A DNA stretch of 61,769 nt, counting the filler. It is 6 parts of 6 records of this genome, joined end to end, with 100 filler letters (N's around TTAATTAATTAA, not from the genome) between each part and the next. Parts side by side here need not be neighbours in the genome. Positions count along the whole stretch, not along the records: positions 47,632 to 54,579 come from SRR31156797_15399; positions 54,680 to 61,769 come from SRR31156797_15413; 4 more parts are not named here. One strand, 5' to 3'. How positions within the stretch are numbered: position 1 is the first letter of the stretch; the number at the start of each line of letters is the position of its first letter. The notes under the pieces are model-generated. The model saw only the letters and a program-made list of their open reading frames with translations. It did not search any database and had not been told where the DNA came from. This document shows, in pieces, positions 47,632-56,912 of this stretch. The position numbers and the translations under genes are program-made.

Positions 47632-49260
47632 GAGTTCTTTCAGGATATGGCGGTTGATCACTCCCGCCGTTCCATACGGAACCTAATGGGCGAGAACGAC
47701 GAGACCGTACAGGTGCTGGAAGGGGATACGGTCCGTGAGCTTCCGGCGGATCAGGTGCCCCGGGGAACCCTTTTCCGTCTCCGCCCGGGGGACCGGGTTC
47801 CCCTGGACGCTGTGATACGCAGCGGCGAGGGGAGCATGGACACCTCGGCCCTGACCGGAGAGTCCTATCCCCGTCCGGTGGAGGCGGGGGAGCGCATCCT
47901 CAGCGGCTATGTGAACGGAGATACGGTTCTGACCGCCGAATCCCTGAAGAGCCGGGATGAGTCGGCCTATGCCCGGATACTCAGGATGGTGGAGGAGGCG
48001 GGGAACCGGAAGGCCAGGTCGGAGCAGTTCATCACCCGCTTCGCCCGGATCTATACGCCGGTCGTGGTGACCGCCGCCGCCCTCCTGGCCCTTCTTCCGC
48101 CTCTGCTTCTGGAGGGGGCCGGTTTCAGGGAGTGGATCTCCCGGGCTCTGGTCTTCCTGGTCGTCTCTTGCCCCTGCGCGCTGGTGGTCTCCATCCCTCT
48201 GGGTTTTTTCGCCGGAATAGGCCGGGCCTCCCGGGAGGGGATCCTGGTGAAAGGGGGCAACTATCTGGAGGCTCTGAACCGGGTGGACACGGTCTTTCTG
48301 GACAAAACCGGAACCCTGAGCGAAGGGCGGTTTATGCTGCGGGATTTGAATCCCGCCGGCGGATTCTCCGGGGACGAACTCCTGGCGGCCGCCGCTGCTG
48401 TTGAATCCGCCTCAAGCCATCCCATCGCCCTCTCCCTGCTTTCGGCGGCGGAGAAAAGGCTCTCCGGGAGCAGCCGGGAGACTGCCGACGCCCTGCGGGA
48501 GACCAAGGGCCGGGGCATTGAGGGACTGTGGAGAGGGGCCCCCGTACTGATCGGCAAGGCCTCCTGGCTGGAAGAGAAGGGGATCGTCCCCGGGCCTTCC
48601 GCTTTGGCCCCCCAGGGGGGCGGTACGACCGTCCATCTGGCCTGGGACGGCGTTTACCGGGGCTCTCTCCTTCTGGCGGACCGGCTGCGGAGCGGAGCGG
48701 CCGCCTCCCTGGAGGCCCTGAGAGCTACGGGGATCAAAAGGATAGAGATGCTGACCGGAGACGATGAAGCGGCGGCCCGTGAGGCCTCCTCCTCCCTTCC
48801 TCTGGACGGATTCCGGGCTTCCCTCCTTCCCGAGGGGAAGGTCGCGGTCCTGGAAGAGGCGGCCTCACGGGGGGGGAGAACCCTCTTTGTGGGAGACGGG
48901 ATCAACGACGCTCCCGTACTGGCCAGAGCGGACGTCGGGATCGCCATGGGGGGACTGGGCTCGGACGCGGCCATCGAGGCAGCCGACGTGGTGCTTATGT
49001 CCGACGATCTGTCCCATCTGGCCTCCGCCAGGAGGATCGCCGGGAAAACCAGGTCTATCGTGGTGCAGAATATCGTGATGGCCCTGGGGATAAAGGGCGT
49101 CATCCTGGCCCTGGCCGCCGCCGGTTACGCCGGTATGGGGCTGGCGGTCTTCGGTGATGTGGGGGTGGCCCTGCTGGCCGTTCTGAACGTCCTGAGGATT
49201 ATGTCAGATCGTGGACCCACTTCCCCGAACGGATCCGGAGCAGGCCGGCAACGTATTTGA
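47632..49260 (+). CDS. Zn/Cd-type P1B heavy-metal ATPase (5' truncated)
   Basis: TGES, SCPC, DKTGT, SSHP, GDGINDAP; frame open from the contig edge. Confidence 0.92.
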   Translation, partial: EFFQDMAVDHSRRSIRNLMGENDETVQVLEGDTVRELPADQVPRGTLFRLRPGDRVPLDAVIRSGEGSMDTSALTGESYPRPVEAGERILSGYVNGDTVLTAESLKSRDESAYARILRMVEEAGNRKARSEQFITRFARIYTPVVVTAAALLALLPPLLLEGAGFREWISRALVFLVVSCPCALVVSIPLGFFAGIGRASREGILVKGGNYLEALNRVDTVFLDKTGTLSEGRFMLRDLNPAGGFSGDELLAAAAAVESASSHPIALSLLSAAEKRLSGSSRETADALRETKGRGIEGLWRGAPVLIGKASWLEEKGIVPGPSALAPQGGGTTVHLAWDGVYRGSLLLADRLRSGAAASLEALRATGIKRIEMLTGDDEAAAREASSSLPLDGFRASLLPEGKVAVLEEAASRGGRTLFVGDGINDAPVLARADVGIAMGGLGSDAAIEAADVVLMSDDLSHLASARRIAGKTRSIVVQNIVMALGIKGVILALAAAGYAGMGLAVFGDVGVALLAVLNVLRIMSDRGPTSPNGSGAGRQRI

Positions 49261-50590
49261 GCAGCTCCTCGCTCAGACAGACCAGGTAGACCAGGGGAGG
49301 GGGCAGGTGGAATACCAGTCCAGCCAGTGCCGCCAGGGGGATGCTTACCAGCCACATGGGCAGCAGCTCCAGGGCCGCGCCCACATGGGTGTCCCCTCCG
49401 CTGCGCAGTAGCCCGATGATGATGTGCATGTTGGATACCTTGATGAACATCACCAGACCGAAGATCCGGATCAGGGCGGTCACAAGGGATGCCGCCTCGA
49501 CGGAGATCTTGAAGAAATGAGGTATCCAGGGGGCCAGCAGGAAGCTGATCAGACCCGTCAGCAGTCCCAGAAGGGGGACGAGCATCAGGATGGTTTTCCC
49601 CAGGCGAATGGAGTGCTCCCTCTCACCCGCCCCAATCATATTGCCCAGAACGATGGCCGTGGCGAAACCGCTTCCCTGGAAGAAAACGAAGGTCAGCCGG
49701 GAAAAGGTCTCCATGATGTTATAGGCCGCGATCACCTCCGTCCCCATTCTGGCGAAGATCAGGGTGAACATGGTGATCCCCATGGACCAGCCCACCTCGT
49801 TGAGGATGACCGGAGTGACCTTGTGGAAAAAGCGGCCCGTAAAGAGGCAGTTCTGCCGGAAGAGCTGCGCCGGAGAAGCGGCCACGGGATGACCGCTTCT
49901 GTAGAGATAGATCAGCAGGGCCAGGGTCTCCAGGGTCCGGGCTCCGGCGGTGGCCAGCGCGGCGCCGCGTATCCCCAGTTCCGGGAGCCCCAGGCGTCCG
50001 AAAATCAGACCGTAGTTGAACACAGCGTTCAGGCTCAGAGCCCCAACAGAGAATATCAGCGGAATGCGGACCTCCCCCGTGCTTCTGAGGACCCCCTGGA
50101 TCAGTATGGTCAGGGCTGTGAACACATAGCTGTATGAGACGGTTCTCAGGTAGGGAATCCCCGCCTCGATAACCTTTTCGTCCTTTGAGAACAATCCCAG
50201 GATCTCGGCGGGGAAGAACTGGGCTCCCAGGGTGAACAGGGCGCCTCCGGCCAGGCCCAGGATAAGTCCCATCCCCATGGTCCTGTGGATGCCTTCCATA
50301 TCCTTCTTCCCCCAGAACTGGGCGGTGAAGACGGCCGAACCGCTGCTGATGCCGAAGATCAGAAGCATCATAAGGAAGAATACCTGGTTGGACAGAGCCA
50401 CCGCGGCGATGGATACCTCTCCCAGCTGCCCGATCATCAGGGTATCCACCATATTCAGAAGCGACTGCACCAGGTTCTGGGTGGCGATGGGAAGCCCCAG
50501 GATCAGAATCCTGCGGAAGTAGCGGCTGTCCTGCCGTACGCGTTCGGCTATGTTGAAACGTCCTTTGAGGACAAAGCTCTGTTCACTCAT
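49199..50590 (-). CDS. MATE-family efflux transporter
   Basis: Polytopic; NMVDTLMIGQLG, LGIRGAALAT, LRSGGDT. Confidence 0.92.
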   Translation of the reverse strand: MSEQSFVLKGRFNIAERVRQDSRYFRRILILGLPIATQNLVQSLLNMVDTLMIGQLGEVSIAAVALSNQVFFLMMLLIFGISSGSAVFTAQFWGKKDMEGIHRTMGMGLILGLAGGALFTLGAQFFPAEILGLFSKDEKVIEAGIPYLRTVSYSYVFTALTILIQGVLRSTGEVRIPLIFSVGALSLNAVFNYGLIFGRLGLPELGIRGAALATAGARTLETLALLIYLYRSGHPVAASPAQLFRQNCLFTGRFFHKVTPVILNEVGWSMGITMFTLIFARMGTEVIAAYNIMETFSRLTFVFFQGSGFATAIVLGNMIGAGEREHSIRLGKTILMLVPLLGLLTGLISFLLAPWIPHFFKISVEAASLVTALIRIFGLVMFIKVSNMHIIIGLLRSGGDTHVGAALELLPMWLVSIPLAALAGLVFHLPPPLVYLVCLSEELLKYVAGLLRIRSGKWVHDLT

Positions 50591-50673
50591 GGCGAATCAT
50601 CATACTCCCCCCATTGTCCTTGGTCTATAGAGCTTCTCTGTATTTTGAATGAGTTTCCCCGCCGACCGACGGG

Positions 50674-51531
50674 TCAGCGGGCTCTGCGGTAATCACGGGG
50701 GGGCATGCCCATTACCTTTTTGAACTGCCTTGTAAAATAATTGCTGTCCTCAAATCCCGTTCTGCCGGCGATCTCGGTGATGTTAAGGTCGCTCTGCTTC
50801 AGCAGGGAACAGGCCCTGCGGAGTTTGAGGCGGATGTGATACTCCAGGGGCGGGACCCCCGTTACCCGTCGGAAGTGGCGGTTCAGAGAGCTGGCGGACA
50901 TCCCCGTTTCCTCCTCCAGATCCGGAAGGCTGACCCTCTCGGTCAGATGGTGCTCCAGATAGCTGAGGCCCCTGGCTATGCGGAGGAGCTCCCGGTTCTC
51001 CAGGTTCCTGGAGTTATCGTAGCAGCGGCTCAGCGCGCCTATCAACTCCATTAGGAAAACCGCCGCCATATAGCGCCGTCCCGTCCTCTCCCCCTCGCTC
51101 TCCTCTTCGATCCTGTTCAGAAGGGTGCTGACCTCGGTCAGGTCATCAGGATCCAGCCTCAGCCGGCTGGCGAAGTTGTGGGATTCCCGGTAACGGGGCT
51201 CCAGATGGAAGAGGGCCTGGTAGCCGGGGATATGGGCGATATCCAGGAAGGGAAGGGGCAGGTTATCCATGTTGAACAGCAGATTCACCAGATACAGTTC
51301 TTCCGGCTCCTTGTAGCCGTGGGCCGTGTCTCCCTGGATGACGAAGACGTCCCCCGCCCCAATCGCGTACTCCCGGTGTTCCGTGAAGTGGATCCCCCTT
51401 CCGCTGAGGACGATGACCAGTTCGGAGAAGTCATGGTTGTGCAGAGGATAGGGGATCTGGGGGGAGCGGCGGACTATCCTGACCGGCTCCTCGTCGGAGG
51501 CGAAGAAGTCGGGGCGGTTAAGCTGGAACAT
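50674..51531 (-). CDS. AraC-family RhaR/RhaS-like activator
   Basis: HNHDFSELVIV cupin; GFEDSNYFTRQFKK; divergent from rhaA. Confidence 0.9.
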   Translation of the reverse strand: MFQLNRPDFFASDEEPVRIVRRSPQIPYPLHNHDFSELVIVLSGRGIHFTEHREYAIGAGDVFVIQGDTAHGYKEPEELYLVNLLFNMDNLPLPFLDIAHIPGYQALFHLEPRYRESHNFASRLRLDPDDLTEVSTLLNRIEEESEGERTGRRYMAAVFLMELIGALSRCYDNSRNLENRELLRIARGLSYLEHHLTERVSLPDLEEETGMSASSLNRHFRRVTGVPPLEYHIRLKLRRACSLLKQSDLNITEIAGRTGFEDSNYFTRQFKKVMGMPPRDYRRAR

Positions 51532-51616
51532 GACGATATTGTGCTAATTTTTGAATCTATCGTCAAGGTTTTCATCGGCCGGCGCCCTCAGAATGGTTAT
51601 ATCGGAGGATAAAACC

Positions 51617-52882
51617 ATGACTGAAAACACCATGACGATGTATGAATCGGCCAAGATGATGTACGCCGAACTGGGCGTCGATACGGACAAGGCGATGGAA
51701 TCTCTCAAAAAGGTTTCCCTCTCCCTCCACTGCTGGCAGACGGATGACGTGGGAGGCTTCGAGGCCCCGGACGCCACACTCTCGGGCGGGGGCGTACAGG
51801 TTACCGGAAACTACCCCGGCAAATCCCGGAGCATCTCCGAGATGCGTCAGGCCCTGGACAAGGCTTATGCCCTGATTCCGGGGGCCCACAGATTGAACCT
51901 CCACTCCATCTACGGAGAGTTCGGCGGCAGGGTCGGGCGGGATGAGATCGGCCCGGAGCATTTTTCCGGCTGGGTGGACTGGGCGAAGGAGAGGAAGATC
52001 GGACTGGACTACAACGGTTCCTTCTTCTCCCATCCCATGGCCGACAGCGGCTATACCCTGGCCAGCAAGGATAAGGGAGTCCGTGATTTCTGGATCCGCC
52101 ACGGAAAAAAATGCAGAGAGACGGCGGCCTACTTCGGCCGGGAGCTGGGAACGCCCTCGGTTCTCAACACCTGGATCCCCGACGGTTCCAAGGACCTTCC
52201 CGTGGACCGCGCCGGTTACAGAAAGATCCTGGCTGAGTCTCTGGATGAGATCTTCGAGACGGATTATCCGGCTACCCAGATGAAGGATGCCGTGGAGACC
52301 AAGCTCTTCGGAATAGGGAGCGAGGCCTTCGTCGTCGGATCTCATGAGTTCTATATGGGCTACGCCATGAGCCGGAAAAAGATGATCTGTCTGGACCTGG
52401 GACACTTCCATCCCACCGAGCTGATCGCCGACAAACTCTCTTCTGTCTATCAGTTCTTCGACGAGCTCCTCCTCCATGTCAGCCGCCCCATGCGCTGGGA
52501 CAGCGACCATGTTGTGATTCTGAATGACGACATCCGCTACCTGACCGAGGAGCTGGTGCGCTGCGGCCGGCTGGGGGATACCCATATCGGCCTGGACTTC
52601 TTCGACGGGACCATGAACCGCATCGGGGCCTATGCCATCGGCGCCCGTTCCACCCTCAAGGGCCTGCTACTGGGATTCCTGGAGCCCTCGGATACCCTGA
52701 AACGCTACGACCTGGAGGGGAACGCGTTCGCCAGACTGGCTCTTCTGGAGCAGTTGAAGAGCATGCCCTCCGGAGCAGTCTGGGACTACTACTGCGAGTC
52801 CATGGGCGTTCCCGCGGAGCCCCGGCTCATCGCCGAGGTCATGGACTATGAAAAGAATATCCTGTCGGAGCGATCCTTATGA
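51617..52882 (+). CDS. rhaA: L-rhamnose isomerase (start re-set to ATG 51617)
   Basis: SLHCWQTDDV, RLNLHSIY, WIPDG, KLFGIGSE, GHFHPTE, HVSRPMRWDSDHV. Confidence 0.95.
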   Translation: MTENTMTMYESAKMMYAELGVDTDKAMESLKKVSLSLHCWQTDDVGGFEAPDATLSGGGVQVTGNYPGKSRSISEMRQALDKAYALIPGAHRLNLHSIYGEFGGRVGRDEIGPEHFSGWVDWAKERKIGLDYNGSFFSHPMADSGYTLASKDKGVRDFWIRHGKKCRETAAYFGRELGTPSVLNTWIPDGSKDLPVDRAGYRKILAESLDEIFETDYPATQMKDAVETKLFGIGSEAFVVGSHEFYMGYAMSRKKMICLDLGHFHPTELIADKLSSVYQFFDELLLHVSRPMRWDSDHVVILNDDIRYLTEELVRCGRLGDTHIGLDFFDGTMNRIGAYAIGARSTLKGLLLGFLEPSDTLKRYDLEGNAFARLALLEQLKSMPSGAVWDYYCESMGVPAEPRLIAEVMDYEKNILSERSL

Positions 52883-54000
52883 GCCTGCAGGACCTGATCG
52901 AAGTCACCCGTCGCTACGGGGGAGATGAAAACTATGTTCTGGCGGGAGGAGGGAATACATCCCTGAAGGAGGGGGATGTCATGTATGTAAAGGCCTCCGG
53001 TTCCTCCATGGCCGAGGCCGGTGCCGGAAGTTTTGTCAGGATGTCACGCGCCGGTCTGGCGGGAATATGGAAGGCCGATTATCCCGAGGATGAGGAGGAA
53101 CGGGAGGAGAGGGCCCTGGCGGACCTGATGGACTCCCGCCTGGAGGGGGAGGCAGGCCGTCCCAGCGTGGAGACCCTGCTGCACAGCTTTATTCCCTATC
53201 GCTATGTGGTCCATACCCATCCGACCCTGGTAAACGGGCTGAGCTGTTCCCGGGGCGGGGAGGCCTGGGCGAAGGAGGCCCTGGGCGAACGTGTCCTCTG
53301 GATACCCGTGGTGAATCCCGGCTACATCCTCGCCCGCTATGTGAAGGACCGGGTGGATGAGCACATGGCGGCGGGAAGTCCCTTTCCCGAGTACATCGTA
53401 CTGCAGAATCACGGGGTCTTCACCGGCGGCGAGAGTATCGATGAGGTGGACGGACGCTATCGTCTGCTGATGGGGAAGCTGGAGGAGGCTGTCAGGGTCA
53501 CCCCCGATATGGAAGAGCAGTCCCTGGAGGGGGAGGATGAGGCCGCCCTCCGGGAGGCGGTTCGCCGGAGCTACGGGGAGGATGCCGGATTTGAGTACAT
53601 CCGTATCCGCCAGTGCGATCCCTGGCTGAGATCCCCGGAGGCGGCGGCCCCCGTCTTCTCCGCCCTGACCCCCGATCATATCGTCTACATGGGGCACGAG
53701 CCTCTGTGGATCCCCGAGGGGACGCCGGATCAGCAGGCCGGGGCCCTGATCAAGGGGGCGGCCGCCTATGAGGCGAGGCACGGGAAGAAGCCCAAGACCC
53801 TGCTTGTTCAGAACAGGGGCATCGTCTCCTGCGGCGTCAGCGCCGGGGAGGCCAGGCTGTCGGGACTGCTTTTCCGTGACGCCGTCAAGGTGGCGGTCCT
53901 GTCGGAAAACTTCGGCGGCCTCCGCTTCATGCCGGAGGACAAGATCGCCTTTATCAATACCTGGGAGGTGGAGAAGTACAGGGCGAAGCAGAGCTGCTGA
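52879..54000 (+). CDS. Class II aldolase (RhaD/RhaE-like)
   Basis: GGGNTSLK, PSVETLLH, HTHP, QNHG, TPDHIVY. Confidence 0.8.
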   Translation: MSLQDLIEVTRRYGGDENYVLAGGGNTSLKEGDVMYVKASGSSMAEAGAGSFVRMSRAGLAGIWKADYPEDEEEREERALADLMDSRLEGEAGRPSVETLLHSFIPYRYVVHTHPTLVNGLSCSRGGEAWAKEALGERVLWIPVVNPGYILARYVKDRVDEHMAAGSPFPEYIVLQNHGVFTGGESIDEVDGRYRLLMGKLEEAVRVTPDMEEQSLEGEDEAALREAVRRSYGEDAGFEYIRIRQCDPWLRSPEAAAPVFSALTPDHIVYMGHEPLWIPEGTPDQQAGALIKGAAAYEARHGKKPKTLLVQNRGIVSCGVSAGEARLSGLLFRDAVKVAVLSENFGGLRFMPEDKIAFINTWEVEKYRAKQSC

Positions 54001-54059
54001 CTCTTTCCCGCGGCCTTGCCGGGGGCGACGCCCTGTCTCTGCTTCATAGCGTCGTTCTC

Positions 54060-54407
54060 CTAGAGCGTAACGACCTGATATCCCTTTTCCAGCCAGGGCT
54101 CAATCGGGGGATGTCCCTTCATATCCGAGAGGAGGGGCAGCCCCTGGGCCTCGGCCTCCTCAAGGGTTCCCATCTGGTGGCAGCAGGCCCGGCAGATTCC
54201 CCCCAGAAGCCCCTTGGCAATGATCGCCGTATAGAGGGGGTGCTGGGGATGGGATGTCTCCTTGAGCTCCCCTATCAGACGGCAGGCGGCTCCCTCGATA
54301 ATCAGCGCGGCTTCATGTCCCTTCTCCTTGAGGTCGAGGACGTTCATCATGGCATGGGCGAAGCAGACGGGCTCCCCCTGAAAGGCAAAGATCACAACCT
54401 TTTTCAT
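54060..54407 (-). CDS. DsrE-like protein
   Basis: CFAHAMMN, IIEG, CRAC, GHP, GYQVVTL. Confidence 0.7.
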   Translation of the reverse strand: MKKVVIFAFQGEPVCFAHAMMNVLDLKEKGHEAALIIEGAACRLIGELKETSHPQHPLYTAIIAKGLLGGICRACCHQMGTLEEAEAQGLPLLSDMKGHPPIEPWLEKGYQVVTL

Positions 54408-54474
54408 AGCATTACTCCTGAGATGCGGATTTATTCCTAAGTATGGTCGCTTCTTCTTGCGGATGCAAAGTGAA

Positions 54475-54579
54475 CTATGCGCCTTCTTCGGTCAGAACGA
54501 AAAGGGCGGACATGACGGCGGCCAGATCGATGCGCCGGGGTTCGTCCTCGGGAAGATTGAAGCTGAGTATCCAGGCGTA
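54475..54579 (-). CDS. C-terminal fragment of an unknown protein
   Basis: My translation YAWILSFNLPEDEPRRIDLAAVMSALFVLTEEGA*; open from the contig edge. Confidence 0.45.
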   Translation of the reverse strand, partial: YAWILSFNLPEDEPRRIDLAAVMSALFVLTEEGA

Positions 54580-54679
54580 NNNNNNNNNNNNNNNNNNNNN
54601 NNNNNNNNNNNNNNNNNNNNNNNTTAATTAATTAANNNNNNNNNNNNNNNNNNNNNNNNNNNNNNNNNNNNNNNNNNNN
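54580..54679. other. Artificial contig spacer
   Basis: N run with TTAATTAATTAA. Confidence 0.98.
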
Positions 54680-55440
54680 TCTACAGGATATTCTGTTCTT
54701 CCGTAACCCTCTCCGGTTGTTGTATCAGCCCACGTTCCACCCTCTTCATAAATTCCATTATCAGAATGATCGCTCCCATCTGCTTCATCAATAATTATCA
54801 TATCCTGAGCTCTATCAGTCTCTCTAGCTGAAAAAACAAGTGCTCCGGCATTTTGAAAATATGGCAAAAGGAAGTAACTTACTAACTCTGCATTTGAATC
54901 ATCTTCCACAATACCATTTGTAACTCCTCTTTGAGTTGCCCAGCTGCCTAAGTTGGAGCTATAGTACCATCCATGCCCCGGACTAAGATAAACGGTCTTA
55001 CCGCTTAGAAAACCATCGGTATCACCATATCCTTTTTCAGGAACAAGGCTTTTTGCGGTAGCTTTACTTTCACCCTCTTTTCTTGGAACCGGCGGAAGTT
55101 TGAGGAGAAATTCTCTAAGAGATCGATATTCGTTGGCAGTGCTGTTTCTTGACACAATGATCAAAGACCGAAACACCGCTTTATTCCTCAAAAATCCAAG
55201 ATAATATCTGCTAAGTTCCTCTAATATCAGGTCATCAAGTTTGTCTGTCCACTCTTTTGGAACAGTTGTATAAACTGTTAAGGCTCTACTCTCTGTTTCA
55301 AGCTCTACCTTATCAACCTTTACTTTAGAAAAACCACCAATTTCCGGAATGGAAATATCCACTGAATACTTAGCTGCACCAATGCTTAGTACAGGAAGGA
55401 ACACAACAATAAATAATAATCTTTTCACAGCCATCCTCAT
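54680..55440 (-). CDS. Secreted N-acetylmuramoyl-L-alanine-amidase-like protein (3' truncated)
   Basis: Signal peptide; LSGKTVYLSPGHG...EDDSN...GALVFSARE resembles the Amidase_3 N-terminus. Confidence 0.6.
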
Positions 55441-55568
55441 AAAAAAATATTGAGTCCCTACATTTTACTTAATTTAGTAATTCTATCAATCAAAATGTCA
55501 TAAATTTGACAATGTCCTCCCATTATTTAATATGGCGCTGTGGTGGTTGTTTTTATTCTGGTGAATGA

Positions 55569-56912
55569 ATGAAGTTTATAATTGCTGGAGCAGGTTCAGT
55601 AGGTTACGATGTTGCAAGACATCTGATCAAAGCAGGTAAGGATGTTGTAATTATTGAAAAGAACCCTGTAAGGGCAAAATTTCTTGAAAATGATCTGGAT
55701 TGTATCGTCTTAAACAGAGAGATAAACTCTATTCAAACCCTTAAAGATGTTAATATTGAAGAAGGCGATTATTTTATAGCCGTAACAGAAAGTGACGAGG
55801 TAAATCTCATTTCATGTTCAGTCGCTTCAACGATCAATAACATAAAAAAGATAGCTAGAGTCCGCAACCTTGATTATTCCCATGCTGAAGATCAGGGACG
55901 ACCATTTCTTGGTGCAGATTACATCATTAACCCTGAGATCGAAGCTGCAAAACAGCTGGCGGAAGTCATAGATAAAGGTGCAGCAACTGATGTTCTGACT
56001 TTTCAGGGAATTGATATCTCCGTAAGGGGCAACATTGTTGGAAAAGACTCGATCTTTGCAGAAAAAAAACTAAGTGAGATAAAAAGTAATATAAACAAAA
56101 AGTTCGTTGCAGCATTTATCAAAAGGAATAATGACGATATCATTCCTACTGGTGACACTCTTATAAAAGAAGGCGATAACATCTATATTGCAGCTGACAA
56201 TGAAACTATGGACCACATCCTTGCGAAAGAAGGAAAAAAGGTGTTCAAAGTAGAAAAAACTTTGATCGTTGGCACAACCAGGATCGCAAAGAACCTGATA
56301 AGAACTCTCCTTTCAAAAAAGATGAATATAACCGTTATTGTCGGTGATTATGAGGAAGCAAAAGAAATTTCCAGAATATTTCCTTCAGTTCTTGTTCTTA
56401 ACGGTGATGTTAGAGACGAAAAGATCTTTGAAGAAGAGAACCTCTATAACTACGACTTGATAGTTACAGTTACCCATAATCAGGAGCTTAACGTTCTTAC
56501 ATCACTATATTCAAAAAGTATCGGTATAAAAAGAGCCGTTGCCACAGTTAATAAACCAAACTATATTTCCATTGCTAAAAAGCTTGGGGTGGATGTTACT
56601 GTCAGTCCAAAAAGAAGTGCAGTTGATGCTATCCTTAAGTTTATCAGAAAAGGACAGATCAAGACATTTTACAGTCTTTTTGATGGTGATGCTGAAGCAA
56701 TTGAATTCATTATTTCTAAGAGCTGCAAAGTTAGTGGGCAAGCTCTGAAAGATATTAAAATGCCTAGAGACAGTATTATTGTCGCAGCGACAAGAGACGA
56801 AGAGACCATTGTTCCCGATGGCAACTATACCGTAAAAAACGGTGATCACGTGGTCGTTATCTATAAAAGCTCCGCAGCATCAAAGATAGAATCACTTTTT
56901 TCAGGCAACTGA
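55569..56912 (+). CDS. trkA: Trk potassium uptake regulatory subunit
   Basis: GAGSVG, AVTESDEVN, INPE; two RCK modules. Confidence 0.93.
   Translation: MKFIIAGAGSVGYDVARHLIKAGKDVVIIEKNPVRAKFLENDLDCIVLNREINSIQTLKDVNIEEGDYFIAVTESDEVNLISCSVASTINNIKKIARVRNLDYSHAEDQGRPFLGADYIINPEIEAAKQLAEVIDKGAATDVLTFQGIDISVRGNIVGKDSIFAEKKLSEIKSNINKKFVAAFIKRNNDDIIPTGDTLIKEGDNIYIAADNETMDHILAKEGKKVFKVEKTLIVGTTRIAKNLIRTLLSKKMNITVIVGDYEEAKEISRIFPSVLVLNGDVRDEKIFEEENLYNYDLIVTVTHNQELNVLTSLYSKSIGIKRAVATVNKPNYISIAKKLGVDVTVSPKRSAVDAILKFIRKGQIKTFYSLFDGDAEAIEFIISKSCKVSGQALKDIKMPRDSIIVAATRDEETIVPDGNYTVKNGDHVVVIYKSSAASKIESLFSGN

Noticed and set aside
44493-49260. Heavy-metal island linking hgcAB with the P1B ATPase
   Set aside because: The two are separated by an artificial spacer and lie on compositionally different contigs.
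55441-55568. c-di-AMP riboswitch upstream of trkAH
   Set aside because: The intergenic region is only 128 nt, AT-rich, shared with a divergent gene, and lacks the ydaO consensus.
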